From an uncultured bacterium (GTDB taxonomy: Bacteria > Edwardsbacteria > AC1 > EtOH8): DNA of 64,000 nucleotides. Positions 39,947 to 49,954 of the stretch are shown here, in pieces. The notes beneath the pieces were generated by a model. That model ran no database searches. It was not told where the DNA came from and worked only from the letters and a program-made list of their open reading frames with translations. The position numbers and the translations under genes were made by a program. Every line of letters begins with the position of its first letter. Position 1 is the first letter of the stretch. The DNA is taken from assembly GCA_964518765.1 (NCBI GenBank), contig CAZFJC010000009.1:29584-93583 (forward strand), read 5' to 3'.

Positions 39947-41278
39947 ATGCAAGAAAGGCGCTCACCGACAGCCCCTCCGGGCGAGCCGGCGCGCAGCCAG
40001 CGGATCTCCATCCTCGAGGGCTCGCTGGCCTCGGTCCACATTGCCGTGACCCTGAGCTCCCTGGTGACCGCCTACGCCCTGATGCTCGGGGCCAACGACT
40101 TCCACCTGGGCCTGCTCTCGGCCGTGGGCGCGGCCGGCTCGCTGGGGGCGCTGGCCGGCAACTGGGCCGCTGAACTGGCCGGCGGGCGAAAGCGGATGGT
40201 GGTGGCCGCCGCCGTGTCCGGCCGGTCGCTGTGGGCCGTCCTCTGCGTCCTGCCGTACCTGCCGGTGCTCCCGGGCTGGAGGCTGCCGGCGTTCTTCCTC
40301 ACCATACTGTTATCCAACCTGCTGGCCAACGCCGCCAACAACGGATGGCTTTCCTGGATGACCGACCTGGTGCCCCTGGAGCAGCGGGGGTGGTTTTTTG
40401 GGCGGCGCAACACCATCCTGGGCACGGTCTCCATGGCCACCACCTTCGCCTCGGGCAAGGCCTACGACTGGTTTAAGGCGGTGGGAAGGCAGGAGCAGGG
40501 ATTCGTCGTCATCATCGGCCTGGCCGTCCTGTTCGCCCTGGCCTCGGGGCTGATGCTGTCCAGGCAATGGGACCCGGGTTCGCGACGGAACCAGTCTCCC
40601 CTACCACACCGCATGTTCCGGACGGCTTTCGCCGACAGTAGGTTCCGTCCCCTGCTCCTGTTCTTCATCTTCTGGTCCCTCTCCACCTCGGTGGCCGGCC
40701 CATTCTTCGGCGCCCATATGATAAAGAACCTGCGCATGCCCTTGGGCATCATCGCCGTCTACTCCATCATCGCCGGCGTCGTCAACCTAGTCTTCCAGCC
40801 CCTCTGGGGCCGGGCCATCGACCGCATCGGCAACAAGCCGGTGTTGGTGTTCAACATGCTGGGCATCTTCTTCCTGCCCCTGTTCTGGCTGTTCGCCGGC
40901 CCTGACTTCTACCTTCCCATCTGGATCGACGCCTTCCTGACCGGCATCTTCTGGCCCGTCTTCGGCCTAGCCGCCTTCAACCTGCTGCTGCTTTCGGCCC
41001 CGGAAAGCGACCGCCAATCCTACCTGGCGGTACAGAGCGTCTGCACCGGCCTCAGCGTCTTTGCGTCCTCGCTGGCCGGTGGGGCCTTGGCCAAGTGGCT
41101 GGGCGGGGTCCATCTGGCCTTCCTGGGCCAGAGATTGGTAAATTTCCACCTTCTTTTCGCCCTGTCCTCCCTTTTGCGGTTGGCGATGCTGCCGGTAGTC
41201 CCGCGCCTGCCCGAGAAAAAGGCGGGGACGGTGGGGGCGCTGCTGGACCTTTTGGCAACAAGGCCTCTCAGGCCTTGA
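39947..41278 (+). CDS. MFS transporter (12 TM)
   Basis: Multiple hydrophobic helices; MFS-like R/K loop motifs; GGGGGG-type SD before the ATG at 39947. Confidence 0.8.
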   Translation: MQERRSPTAPPGEPARSQRISILEGSLASVHIAVTLSSLVTAYALMLGANDFHLGLLSAVGAAGSLGALAGNWAAELAGGRKRMVVAAAVSGRSLWAVLCVLPYLPVLPGWRLPAFFLTILLSNLLANAANNGWLSWMTDLVPLEQRGWFFGRRNTILGTVSMATTFASGKAYDWFKAVGRQEQGFVVIIGLAVLFALASGLMLSRQWDPGSRRNQSPLPHRMFRTAFADSRFRPLLLFFIFWSLSTSVAGPFFGAHMIKNLRMPLGIIAVYSIIAGVVNLVFQPLWGRAIDRIGNKPVLVFNMLGIFFLPLFWLFAGPDFYLPIWIDAFLTGIFWPVFGLAAFNLLLLSAPESDRQSYLAVQSVCTGLSVFASSLAGGALAKWLGGVHLAFLGQRLVNFHLLFALSSLLRLAMLPVVPRLPEKKAGTVGALLDLLATRPLRP

Positions 41279-41355
41279 GCGAGAGCCTGCGCTCCGGGGT
41301 GATGGTGGTACGAAGGCTGGGACGAAAATGACCGGGGACTCAAATACTGACTAGA

Positions 41356-41388
41356 AGAGGCGACCGTAGACGGCCGCCTCTTTTTCTT
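41356..41388 (+). terminator. rho-independent terminator for the MFS gene
   Basis: Stem AGAGGCG / CGCCTCT with a 12-nt loop, followed by TTTTTCTTG. Confidence 0.6.
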
Positions 41389-41414
41389 GTTGAAAAGTTT
41401 TCATCTAAGCTAAT

Positions 41415-41496
41415 CCCTTTCCCCTTCCCTCCCTTCACCGGCCAAGCTTGCTGTCATCCTTAGGGCAGACTCTGGGAAGGGTCAGGGGTTAGGTCC
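41415..41496. repeat. solo copy of the GGACCTAACCCCT/CCCTTCCC terminal-repeat family (no cargo)
   Basis: GGGAAGGGTCAGGGGTTAGGTCC matches the reverse complement of the DUF559-element end; CCCCTTCCC half-site; interior CTGTCATCCT resembles the 62.7 kb repeat ends. Confidence 0.35.
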
Positions 41497-41501
41497 CAAG
41501 C

Positions 41502-42026
41502 CTACTGCAAACTGCGGTTGCCCCCCTCGGTCTGCACTACCCAATCGAAGGAGAGGGTGATGGAGGTATACTTGCCGTTCTGATTGAGCCCGATGATGGA
41601 TAACCGCCCGTAGTGGGGCACGGCGTCGGTCTTGACGAAATAGCTCTGCCCCAGGACCGCCAGAGCCGAGGTGTTATAGCCGTCGTCCGGAGCCGTGGTT
41701 CCGCTTCCCTCTTGTATGCCGTTGGCCTCGATGAGGCAATTCTGCTGGTCCGGGGATACTATGCTTATCTTGCCGTAATTGTATCCCCCCGAACTGAAGG
41801 TGTAATCGGACCTCCATCCGTTTGTTGCCGAGATGGTCCTGCTGGCCGTTCCGGTGATGACCGTGGTCGCCGGCGCCTCCACCGGGCTCTTGGAGCAGCC
41901 GGCCAGCAGCAAGCTCAGGGCCAACCCGACGGCTACGACAGCGAGTATGCCTAAAAAGGTCGCCCAGGCCCTCCTTCTCCTGGCCGGTGGTCGGGGATAA
42001 CTGCTATTTTCTAATAGTGTTATCAT
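41502..42026 (-). CDS. lipoprotein of unknown function
   Basis: TM/signal segment with lipobox LLLAGCS; Ser/Thr/Gly-rich. Confidence 0.5.
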   Translation of the reverse strand: MITLLENSSYPRPPARRRRAWATFLGILAVVAVGLALSLLLAGCSKSPVEAPATTVITGTASRTISATNGWRSDYTFSSGGYNYGKISIVSPDQQNCLIEANGIQEGSGTTAPDDGYNTSALAVLGQSYFVKTDAVPHYGRLSIIGLNQNGKYTSITLSFDWVVQTEGGNRSLQ

Positions 42027-42060
42027 TGATTGCTTCGATCTCCCTCAAATATTATCTCCG

Positions 42061-43566
42061 TCAGAACTTCCATTCCCACGCGGCCTTCATGCCGCGGAAG
42101 GACGGCTCGAAGCGGCAGAAGCCGCCGGAGCAAACCAGCCCACCCTTGGTCTGCCCGACCGAGAGTTTCAGATGATACCTGTCCTGCCCCCAGGCCAGGT
42201 CGATCCCGACCTCACCCCACCTCCTCTGGTTTTCGTACTCCGGCAACCTCTTGGTACAGAGCTCGGCCTCGCCATAAATATAGGCCAAGCCCATAGGCGA
42301 CCATTTGGCCTGGGCGGTCAGGCTGTAGAACTCGAGGTCCTGATCGATGTAATGGTTGCGGTACTGGTCGCCCCCCAGTCCCAGCATGATGGATCGGCCC
42401 TGGCCGTAGGTGAGGATGGCCTCGGCCGAACCGCCTCGGAAATAGCGCCGCTTGATGTCCGGTTGGAGGTTGCGCTCCAGGCGCGACCGCGCCTCGGCCA
42501 CCAGGCTAAGGCCGGCGCTGGCCTGCCATTTGGCCTCCAGGTAGTAGTCCCGCCACTTATAGCGCCCCAGCGAATCTCCGGGGAACTGCGGCAGGTAGGC
42601 CCAGCGGTACTCATGGCGGGAACGGGCCCAGGAGTGGCTGGCGATTATGTTCAGTCCGGACCAGGGCGAGGCGGTGGCCTCGGCCTGGAAGCCCTGCTCG
42701 TCGTAGCCTGAATTCAGAAGCCCGCCGTCGCGGTTGGCCGGAGGCGGTGTGTTGAACCCGGCGTTGAAATCCCGGTAGTCCTTGGCCTCAAGCGCCAGTC
42801 CCAGCCCGGGCAGGGCCAGCGAGACGGAGGCGAACCCGGCCTGGCCCTTGATGTCGTCGGCCTCGGTCCAGCCGGCGGTGGCGTCTACCAGCCGGCCATA
42901 GGTGTGACGGACGTCGAACTCGGCGTAGGCCTCCAGCGGTCCGAGGCCCGCCCTGATGGTGCCCCCGAATATCTCCTCCACCGGCATGCCCAGCACCCCG
43001 GCCTGACCCGGCAGGGCGGCGTTGGATCGCAGATAGACAGCCCCAACGCGCCATCCCCTGACAATGCCGATCTCGGCCTGTCCCCCGGCCACCATCCTGG
43101 ATGTGTCCCTGACGGCGTACTCCCTAAGCCACCCCCCCAGTAGCCTCAGCTCAAAAAGGTCGCCCAGGCCGGCCGAGAAGTCGGCGCCCTCCAGGTCCCG
43201 GTCGGTGCCGGTGCGGCGCTCCTCCACGCAGTTAAGAGCCAGGCCCTTCCCCAGCACCGCCGGGAAATCCCCGACGGTGGCCGAGCCCAGCTTGGTGTTA
43301 AGCTTCAGGCTCTTTTTCGAGATGCCCAGATACCGGGCCGTGTCCTCCCAAGCCTCATGGTCCAGCTCGTATCTCAGGAAAGCCTCTATCTCCAGGTTGT
43401 TGTTCATAGTCTCCCAGGCCCGCAGGTCCAGGGCCTGCGCCAGGCTCATGGCGTTGCCGGGCTGGGCCGACCACAGTTTTGACTGGCTGGCGCCGGAAAG
43501 GTCCCAGGCCAGGGCCGCCGGTCCCGCGGCCAGGACGGCTGAAAGAAAAACAAGCTTTCTCATCAC
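42061..43566 (-). CDS. predicted outer-membrane beta-barrel protein
   Basis: Signal peptide; alternating amphipathic strands rich in Y/W/G; C-terminal ...WEWKF with terminal Phe. Confidence 0.55.
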   Translation of the reverse strand: MMRKLVFLSAVLAAGPAALAWDLSGASQSKLWSAQPGNAMSLAQALDLRAWETMNNNLEIEAFLRYELDHEAWEDTARYLGISKKSLKLNTKLGSATVGDFPAVLGKGLALNCVEERRTGTDRDLEGADFSAGLGDLFELRLLGGWLREYAVRDTSRMVAGGQAEIGIVRGWRVGAVYLRSNAALPGQAGVLGMPVEEIFGGTIRAGLGPLEAYAEFDVRHTYGRLVDATAGWTEADDIKGQAGFASVSLALPGLGLALEAKDYRDFNAGFNTPPPANRDGGLLNSGYDEQGFQAEATASPWSGLNIIASHSWARSRHEYRWAYLPQFPGDSLGRYKWRDYYLEAKWQASAGLSLVAEARSRLERNLQPDIKRRYFRGGSAEAILTYGQGRSIMLGLGGDQYRNHYIDQDLEFYSLTAQAKWSPMGLAYIYGEAELCTKRLPEYENQRRWGEVGIDLAWGQDRYHLKLSVGQTKGGLVCSGGFCRFEPSFRGMKAAWEWKF

Positions 43567-44723
43567 GGCACCTCCACGTGGAACCTGGCGGCCGCGCTGT
43601 CGGATGGAGACGATTGCGGCTTGACCGTCAACACCGCTGTGCTGCGGCCGGAACCGTAGGGGGTAATATGAACCTCAAGGCTGGTTAACGAGTCGCTGGC
43701 TGGTATGTACCATTTCAGGGGAAGGGGGTAACAGAACTGCCGGTCGCAAATAGTGGCCAAGAGAGTCTCCGGGACCGCCAGGGATTGTGGCAGGTCGATT
43801 ATCATAGTGTCCGCCATATTGCCTATATTCCTGATGGTGAAGGGAAAGGATACCAGGCTGTTGGCCTGTCCGTCCAGTAGGGTGTCGGCCGCCGCCAGCT
43901 GAATGGCGTATTCAGCTTGGAATAGCTTTACCCAGGCCGACTGCAGCAGCTCGCCGGTGGTTTCGTCTTGCACTATGGCCGTCAGGCCCAGCCTCTCCTG
44001 CACCCATGACGGCTCCAAGGCGATCGAGCCGTTCCTGGTATGCTGTGACCCGGGCTCCAGCGAAAAGACCTCCCCGGGGTTGTCGGGGTCCAGCCTCCTG
44101 GCCACCAGGCGGTGAAGGCTAACGCCGTTCGGCGCGGCGTAGCTGATGGAATCCTCCACCAGGACCAGCAGCAGCCTCAGGCCGCCAATACGGTCTTCGA
44201 TCTCGGAGCTGACGGTAACGCTGTAGGACACCGAGGCCGCACCCAGGCCGCCGTTTAAAGTGATGCTCACCGGGCTGCTTTTCCGGAGCCTGGCGATTGC
44301 CGCCGAGCGATATTCGGATAGTAGGTTGGGCACCGCCCCGGCCACCCGGGCCACGCCGTCACAAACGAACACCGGCGGGGCCGACACCCCGTAGTGCGCG
44401 AAGCGCTGTTCTGTCTGGGCCGTCCCGAAGGGGTCCAGGGGCGATCCGAAGGTCGGATGGTACTCGATCAGAGTCAATGAATCGCCCAGCTCCTCCGCCA
44501 GAGACTCGGCCGCCTGGTCGGCGGCCGGACAGTTGGTGCACCAGGTGGCGGTGAACATCTCGACGACAACCCTCCTGGGCACCCCCACCTCGGCATCCCC
44601 GGTAGCCGCCACCGGCAGTCTCTTGCCACAGGCAGCCAGAACAAGAAGGCAGAGGGCAGAAACCAGAAAAGGTCCGTTCGCTTTCTGCGATTTTGCCTTG
44701 GATGATCGTGATTTTCCCATCAT
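43563..44723 (-). CDS. thioredoxin-fold (Omp28-like) lipoprotein, WCTNCP motif
   Basis: Lipobox LAACG; VVVEMFTATWCTNCP...GDS region paralogous to the two downstream T9SS proteins. Confidence 0.6.
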   Translation of the reverse strand: MMGKSRSSKAKSQKANGPFLVSALCLLVLAACGKRLPVAATGDAEVGVPRRVVVEMFTATWCTNCPAADQAAESLAEELGDSLTLIEYHPTFGSPLDPFGTAQTEQRFAHYGVSAPPVFVCDGVARVAGAVPNLLSEYRSAAIARLRKSSPVSITLNGGLGAASVSYSVTVSSEIEDRIGGLRLLLVLVEDSISYAAPNGVSLHRLVARRLDPDNPGEVFSLEPGSQHTRNGSIALEPSWVQERLGLTAIVQDETTGELLQSAWVKLFQAEYAIQLAAADTLLDGQANSLVSFPFTIRNIGNMADTMIIDLPQSLAVPETLLATICDRQFCYPLPLKWYIPASDSLTSLEVHITPYGSGRSTAVLTVKPQSSPSDSAAARFHVEVP

Positions 44724-45250
44724 TCGGCCTGTCCTTTCTTACTGGGCTCGCAACTAGCGCTGTCTGGCTCGGACCGTTTGATCAGTTTTCTTATCTCACC
44801 TTCCAGCAGCGCCTCGTCGCCCTCCTTGAAGCCGAAATGGCTCCAAACAATCCTCCCCCCCTTGTCCAGGATGAATGATCCCGGAACATCCCTTAGCCCG
44901 AACTTGCGCATGGCCTGCTGCTCTGGGTCCATGGCCACCGGGAAGTCGTGGCGGTTGCCGGCCAGAAAGGCTTTGACCTTGCCCTGGTCCTTGGCCTCGT
45001 TGACACAGATACCCAGAAAGCCGATGCCGCTGTCGGCGTAGGCCTCATAAAGCTTCTGGAAATGCTTGAGCTCTCGGCAGCAGGGCTTGCACCAGGTGGC
45101 CCAGAAGCTGACGACCAGGGGGCGGCCCTGAAAACGATCGGACAATTCCAGCCGCTTGCCGTCCAGATCCTTCAGCCTGACGCTCAGCCCCTGGCCGGGG
45201 GCGGCAGCCGCCATCGCCATCATGGCGGCCAGTGGGAAGAGTCTTCTCAT
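44720..45250 (-). CDS. TlpA/ResA-like periplasmic thiol-disulfide oxidoreductase
   Basis: Signal peptide; VVSFWATWCKPC thioredoxin CxxC motif. Confidence 0.85.
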   Translation of the reverse strand: MRRLFPLAAMMAMAAAAPGQGLSVRLKDLDGKRLELSDRFQGRPLVVSFWATWCKPCCRELKHFQKLYEAYADSGIGFLGICVNEAKDQGKVKAFLAGNRHDFPVAMDPEQQAMRKFGLRDVPGSFILDKGGRIVWSHFGFKEGDEALLEGEIRKLIKRSEPDSASCEPSKKGQAE

Positions 45251-45320
45251 CTCGTTCTCCGTTTAATTTCGGGGCGCCGTTCCCCGCGGATCGGCGCCCC
45301 TTCTTTTTATAGAACGGTTA

Positions 45321-47291
45321 TTACCGGATTATGGCCAGCTTCCTGGTGGCGGTGTAGTTCCCGGTCATCAGTCGGTAGAAATAGACCCCATTGGCCACAG
45401 GTTTTCCCGATCTGTCCTTTGTGTCCCAGACCACCGTATGCGTGCCTTCCGGCCTCCCGCCCTCGAACAAGGGTCTGACCAATTTGCCAGATACGTCAAA
45501 TACTCCTAGCGACACGTGGGTGGATGCTGTCAGGCTGTAAGAGATCTTCACGACGCCCCTGGCCGGGTTGGGGCTTGCGGGCATCAGCATCACCCTCGGC
45601 CGCAAAGGCGTCGGCGGCTCGCCCTCGACCCCGGTCGTCAACTCGGAATACCTGATCTCGTTGACGTTGTAGACCTCCTTGGTGGCCATGTTCTGCACGT
45701 AGACGATGAAGAACAGTCGGCCCTTGTTCCAGTTCGCGTGCAACGTGAAATCTATGTCCTGGGAGGACAGTCCGTTGCCTATGGTCATCGGGGTCCCCGA
45801 GGCGCTGGGCAGGATGGTCCTGACGAACTCCCGCATGGAGTCGCAGTGGGGGTTGGCCGTGGGCGACGGCCAGACGCAATACTTGCTCTCCTCGGTGATG
45901 ACCATCCGGAGGTTGCCGTTTATCGGGACGCCGCCGGGGTAATCGATCTCCGCGTGGATGCTGCCGGTGTTCCCGTTCTGGGTCCCGCTGAGGGTGATGT
46001 CGAAGGGCGATCTGTAGGCTTTGCGCTCGTTGAACTTGGCCCGGTGATCGCTGTACACCGACGACCAGCCGCCGACTATCTTGTCGCCGCCGTCCCAAAC
46101 CGTGGTCGGGTATCCTCCGATGTCCCCGTAGAAGTTCATGATGTTGGCCGATTGCACCGTGTAAAAGCTGTCCTGGCTGGTGCTGGGATGCAGGCCGGCC
46201 ACGATTATCGAATCCCCCGATTCCTCCCTGAGCTGTTCCAGCGAGTTCTGGACGTACGGGCAGTATCCGCACCACTGGGCGGTGAAGTCCTCGACGTACA
46301 CCCGGCGGCGGCGGTTGTAGGAGTTGACGTCCGTCTTGGTGGTGTCGTTAGAGGGCACCTGGTCTATGCCCAAGGAAGTGTAGGCGATGACATTGTAGAG
46401 ATTGCCGATGGCCGGGGTCCATGACGGAAAGTCTGCCGTCTGCGTGCCGCCGCTGGCCAGGTCGGTTACCGTTTGGTCCTCCTGGTAAACGGTCACCCCT
46501 GCCGAATCGATCCTCACGGTCGCCGTGAAGGTCTCCGTGTTGCTGCCGTTGTTCTTCACCTCTACCTGGGGCGCCACCGGGTCCATCAGCTGTCCCAGCG
46601 GGGCATTGATCGCCGACACCAACACATCGTGGTCCGCCAGCTGTCCGGTGACCTGGATGTTGTCCAGATACAGCTCGTTGCCGAAGGCGGTATGAGCCCT
46701 GAACAGCACCTTGTTCGTGCCCACCGGAAGGGCGTATCGCTTGGTCGCCCACTGGCCGGCGTTCGGCACGAACTGGCTGGATGTGGCACCGCCTGTGTTC
46801 AGAGGTCCCGTGTACCCCCCCTTCAAACCAATCAGCTTTGTCCAACTTGACCCAGCGTTGCTAGAGGTCCATATGGTGAGTGAATCTACATATTGCGATG
46901 GATTGGTATTATAGGATGCGTAGGCGTGGTCGAATATGAGCGAATCCCCGGCGACCGATGGCCAGAATTCGGTGGTTATCATGTCCTGGGTGCCGGAGCT
47001 GATGTTGTAGAAATCGGCCCGGGCGGCGGCGATTCCTGAGCCGTACCCGCTGCACCCCTCGTAACGGCCCCACAGGGCCGCGCTTCCGGCCAGCGACCAC
47101 CCGGCAGGGGGGAAGATCGCCGGCTCGAAATCCTCGACAAAATTGCCCTTGGGGATGCTGGCGCCTTCCTGTAACGGCGTGAACAGGTCGAACTGACCGA
47201 CAATGCCGTTAACTCGCGCTGGTTTTTCGGCCAAAGCTACCGTTCCGATCATGCCGACCAGCAACAACGCGACCAAACCATTTCTCGTCAT
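45321..47291 (-). CDS. secreted multidomain protein: N-terminal beta-rich domain, CARDB/Ig-like domain, thioredoxin-fold Omp28-like domain (WCGYCP), T9SS C-terminal sorting domain
   Basis: Signal peptide; EDFTAQWCGYCP; C-terminal ...GKPVANGVYFYRLMTGNYTATRKLAIIR is a typical Por/T9SS CTD. Confidence 0.7.
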   Translation of the reverse strand: MTRNGLVALLLVGMIGTVALAEKPARVNGIVGQFDLFTPLQEGASIPKGNFVEDFEPAIFPPAGWSLAGSAALWGRYEGCSGYGSGIAAARADFYNISSGTQDMITTEFWPSVAGDSLIFDHAYASYNTNPSQYVDSLTIWTSSNAGSSWTKLIGLKGGYTGPLNTGGATSSQFVPNAGQWATKRYALPVGTNKVLFRAHTAFGNELYLDNIQVTGQLADHDVLVSAINAPLGQLMDPVAPQVEVKNNGSNTETFTATVRIDSAGVTVYQEDQTVTDLASGGTQTADFPSWTPAIGNLYNVIAYTSLGIDQVPSNDTTKTDVNSYNRRRRVYVEDFTAQWCGYCPYVQNSLEQLREESGDSIIVAGLHPSTSQDSFYTVQSANIMNFYGDIGGYPTTVWDGGDKIVGGWSSVYSDHRAKFNERKAYRSPFDITLSGTQNGNTGSIHAEIDYPGGVPINGNLRMVITEESKYCVWPSPTANPHCDSMREFVRTILPSASGTPMTIGNGLSSQDIDFTLHANWNKGRLFFIVYVQNMATKEVYNVNEIRYSELTTGVEGEPPTPLRPRVMLMPASPNPARGVVKISYSLTASTHVSLGVFDVSGKLVRPLFEGGRPEGTHTVVWDTKDRSGKPVANGVYFYRLMTGNYTATRKLAIIR

Positions 47292-47364
47292 GGTCCCTCC
47301 CCCTTTGTTCTTTGGTTGGTTTTTAAGAGCGGCTTATACGTTGAAAAGATTCATTGCCACCTGA

Positions 47365-48417
47365 TCACTCAAGATGCGTTATCCTGATGATCTGAACCGA
47401 GGAATGGGCTTCGAGGCGGCAAAGGACCATGCCCCGGGGCAAGGCCCTGGCGTTGAAGTGAACCCGGTGCTCCCCGGCCTCCCGCCACCCCAGGTCGATT
47501 CTCCCCAGCCGGCGGCCGTCGATGCCGTAGAAGCCGGCGGTGGCCCATCCCGGCCTGGATACCGAGAACCGCAGGGTGCCCTTATCCCGAAGAGGATTGG
47601 GGTGTATGTCCGCCGACAGGATCCCCCTTGGCCGGGGCCCGGGCGGAGGAACTGAGGTCACCCCGGCCAGCTGGTCCAAGCCTATTCGGGCAGACTGGAG
47701 GATGGCTCCAGCAGGCGCCTTGGCCGCCCCGGCCAACCCCTCGGCCAAGGCCATGAATTCGATCCGCCCCGCAGCCCAGTCCGGTGAGAGCTGGAAGGGA
47801 AAGGCCAAGGAGGTGTCGGCGCCCGGTGCCAGTAGCAGCTGCGGCCCGTCGAAACCCGGCAGCATGCCGCGCAGCACGTCATAGACGCTGTCGCCGCCGC
47901 CCCAGGGGCGGTAGATGGCCCGTTCGATTACGGCCACCCGCAGCCTGGCTATCACCGTGTCGGACGCAGGGTTGGAGGCGACGCAGGTTAGCTGGCCGAT
48001 TCTCTCAGTAGTGTCCGCCCACCCGCCCAGGGCCAGGGCCGCCCCGGGCTCCACTATTTTCCTCTTGTCGAAGGCGTTCCGGTAGCCCCAATAGGTGGCG
48101 GTGTCCGCGTAGTACTGGTCGAATATCCCGTCGAACCAGGTGGTCGGGGTTCCCGTCACCGAGTAATAGGCGGCCAAGGACTCGGCCTCGGGGATCTTGT
48201 AGAGGTCATAGTAGTGGACGCCGACGACGCACAGGGAGTCACCGACCTCGGACTTCAACCGCTCCATGGCTAGGGCCGCCCCCCCGCAGGGCCCGCAGGA
48301 GACGGCGGTGAAGTGCAGCGCCGCCACTTGGCGCAGATCGCCGGCCTGGGCCTGGCTTAAGGACAAAACGGCCATTAGGAGGATGGCGGCCGCGAAGCTT
48401 CCGGCCGATATATGCAT
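47365..48417 (-). CDS. secreted thioredoxin-fold (CGPC) protein with T9SS-like C-terminal domain
   Basis: Signal peptide from MHISAGSFAAAILLMAVLSLSQAQA; FTAVSCGPCGG; C-terminal ...GMVLCRLEAHSSVQIIRITHLE CTD-like. Confidence 0.6.
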   Translation of the reverse strand: MHISAGSFAAAILLMAVLSLSQAQAGDLRQVAALHFTAVSCGPCGGAALAMERLKSEVGDSLCVVGVHYYDLYKIPEAESLAAYYSVTGTPTTWFDGIFDQYYADTATYWGYRNAFDKRKIVEPGAALALGGWADTTERIGQLTCVASNPASDTVIARLRVAVIERAIYRPWGGGDSVYDVLRGMLPGFDGPQLLLAPGADTSLAFPFQLSPDWAAGRIEFMALAEGLAGAAKAPAGAILQSARIGLDQLAGVTSVPPPGPRPRGILSADIHPNPLRDKGTLRFSVSRPGWATAGFYGIDGRRLGRIDLGWREAGEHRVHFNARALPRGMVLCRLEAHSSVQIIRITHLE

Positions 48418-48506
48418 GTTCAGCCTAATGTCCACAGTACTAGTTATCCAGGTGCGGTTGACCACCCCTGTTTCCCTTCCTTGACAAGGAGGGGAGCATG
48501 GGGAGG

Positions 48507-49925
48507 TCAGCAATCGTAGTACAGCTGGAACTCGTAGGGATGCGGCCGCCTGCCCAGCTCCTCGACATCTTTCGATTTCAGATCGATCCAGACCTCAATC
48601 AGGTCCTGGGGAAAGACTCCTCCCTCCAGGAGGAACTGGTGGTCCTTCCGCAGGGCCTCCAAGGCCTCTCCCAGCGAGGTGGGCAGGGTGGGTATTTTGT
48701 CCAGGTCGGCCTTGGACAGGCTGAACAGGTCTTTGTTAAGCGGCCGCCCTGGGTCCAGCTTCCGCTTGATGCCGTCGATGCCGGCCATCAGCATGGCGGC
48801 GAAGGCCAGGTAGGGGTTGCAGGTGGCGTCCGGCGGCCGGAACTCGTAGCGGAAATTCTTGGGGTCGGTCAGGTAGCCGGGGATGCGCACCGCCGCCGTC
48901 CGGTTGCCTACCGAATAGGAGGCCTTAATCGGCGCCTCGTAGCCCGGCACCAGCCGCCGGTAGGAGTTGGTGGAGGGATTGGTGAAGGCCAGCAGGGCCG
49001 GGGCGTGGTGCAGCAGGCCGCCCAGGTAATGGAGGGCCGTCTCCGACATGTTGACCAGCCCGCCCTTCTTGTAGAAGATGGAGTGCCCGCCCCGGGCCAG
49101 GTACTGGTGGACGTGCATGCCGTTGCCCGGCTCCCGGTAGAGCGGCTTGGGCATGAAGGTGGCCGTCAGCCCGGCCTTGATGGCGGCGTTGCGCACCAGG
49201 TGCTTGACCATCATGGTCCGGTCGGCCATCCTGGTCAGGGTGTCGAACATGACCTCGATCTCCACCTGGCCGGCTCCGCCCACCTCGTGGTGGTGGTACT
49301 TGACCGGGATGCCGCACCGCTCCAGGGTGTGGCAGATGTCGGAGCGGAAGTCGAAGAAACGATCGTGGGGGGGGGCGGCGTGGTAGCCGCCCTTGTAGGG
49401 TATCTTGTAGGCCAGGTTGGGCCCCTCGTCCCTTCCGGTGTTCCAATGGGCGCTGGACGAGTCCACTCGGAAGAAGCAATCGTGCGCCTGGTTGTCGTAG
49501 CGCACCGAATCGAAAAGGTAGAACTCGAACTCCGGACCCCAGAAGCTCTCGGTGGCATATCCCGTCTTCAGCAGGTGCCTCTCGGCCTTCTCGGCGATGG
49601 CCCGGGGGTTGCGGACGAATTTTTCGCCGGTGGCCACATCGATGACGTCGCCGATGAAGGTCAGGGTAGGCCTGGCGGCGAAGGGGTCGATGACGGCCGT
49701 CTCCGGGATGGGGATGACGATCATGTCGCCGGCCTTGACCTGGGTGAACCCGGCCACGCTGGAGCCGTCGAAGCCGATGCCCCGCCCCCGCTCGAACAAA
49801 GCGGGCCTGAGCTCGTGGGCCGGCACCGTTATCTGGTGCCACTTACCCAGCAGGTCGCCGAACTTGACGGCTACGAACTCCACCTTGTTCCTGGCAGCAG
49901 AGTTGAATATCTTTTTCAGGTCCAT
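48507..49925 (-). CDS. glnA: glutamine synthetase type I
   Basis: 472 aa; GS beta-grasp and catalytic motifs; adenylylation-region Tyr context. Confidence 0.95.
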   Translation of the reverse strand: MDLKKIFNSAARNKVEFVAVKFGDLLGKWHQITVPAHELRPALFERGRGIGFDGSSVAGFTQVKAGDMIVIPIPETAVIDPFAARPTLTFIGDVIDVATGEKFVRNPRAIAEKAERHLLKTGYATESFWGPEFEFYLFDSVRYDNQAHDCFFRVDSSSAHWNTGRDEGPNLAYKIPYKGGYHAAPPHDRFFDFRSDICHTLERCGIPVKYHHHEVGGAGQVEIEVMFDTLTRMADRTMMVKHLVRNAAIKAGLTATFMPKPLYREPGNGMHVHQYLARGGHSIFYKKGGLVNMSETALHYLGGLLHHAPALLAFTNPSTNSYRRLVPGYEAPIKASYSVGNRTAAVRIPGYLTDPKNFRYEFRPPDATCNPYLAFAAMLMAGIDGIKRKLDPGRPLNKDLFSLSKADLDKIPTLPTSLGEALEALRKDHQFLLEGGVFPQDLIEVWIDLKSKDVEELGRRPHPYEFQLYYDC

Positions 49926-49954
49926 CTCAGCCTCACTTTCCTGTGTTTCCGGCT

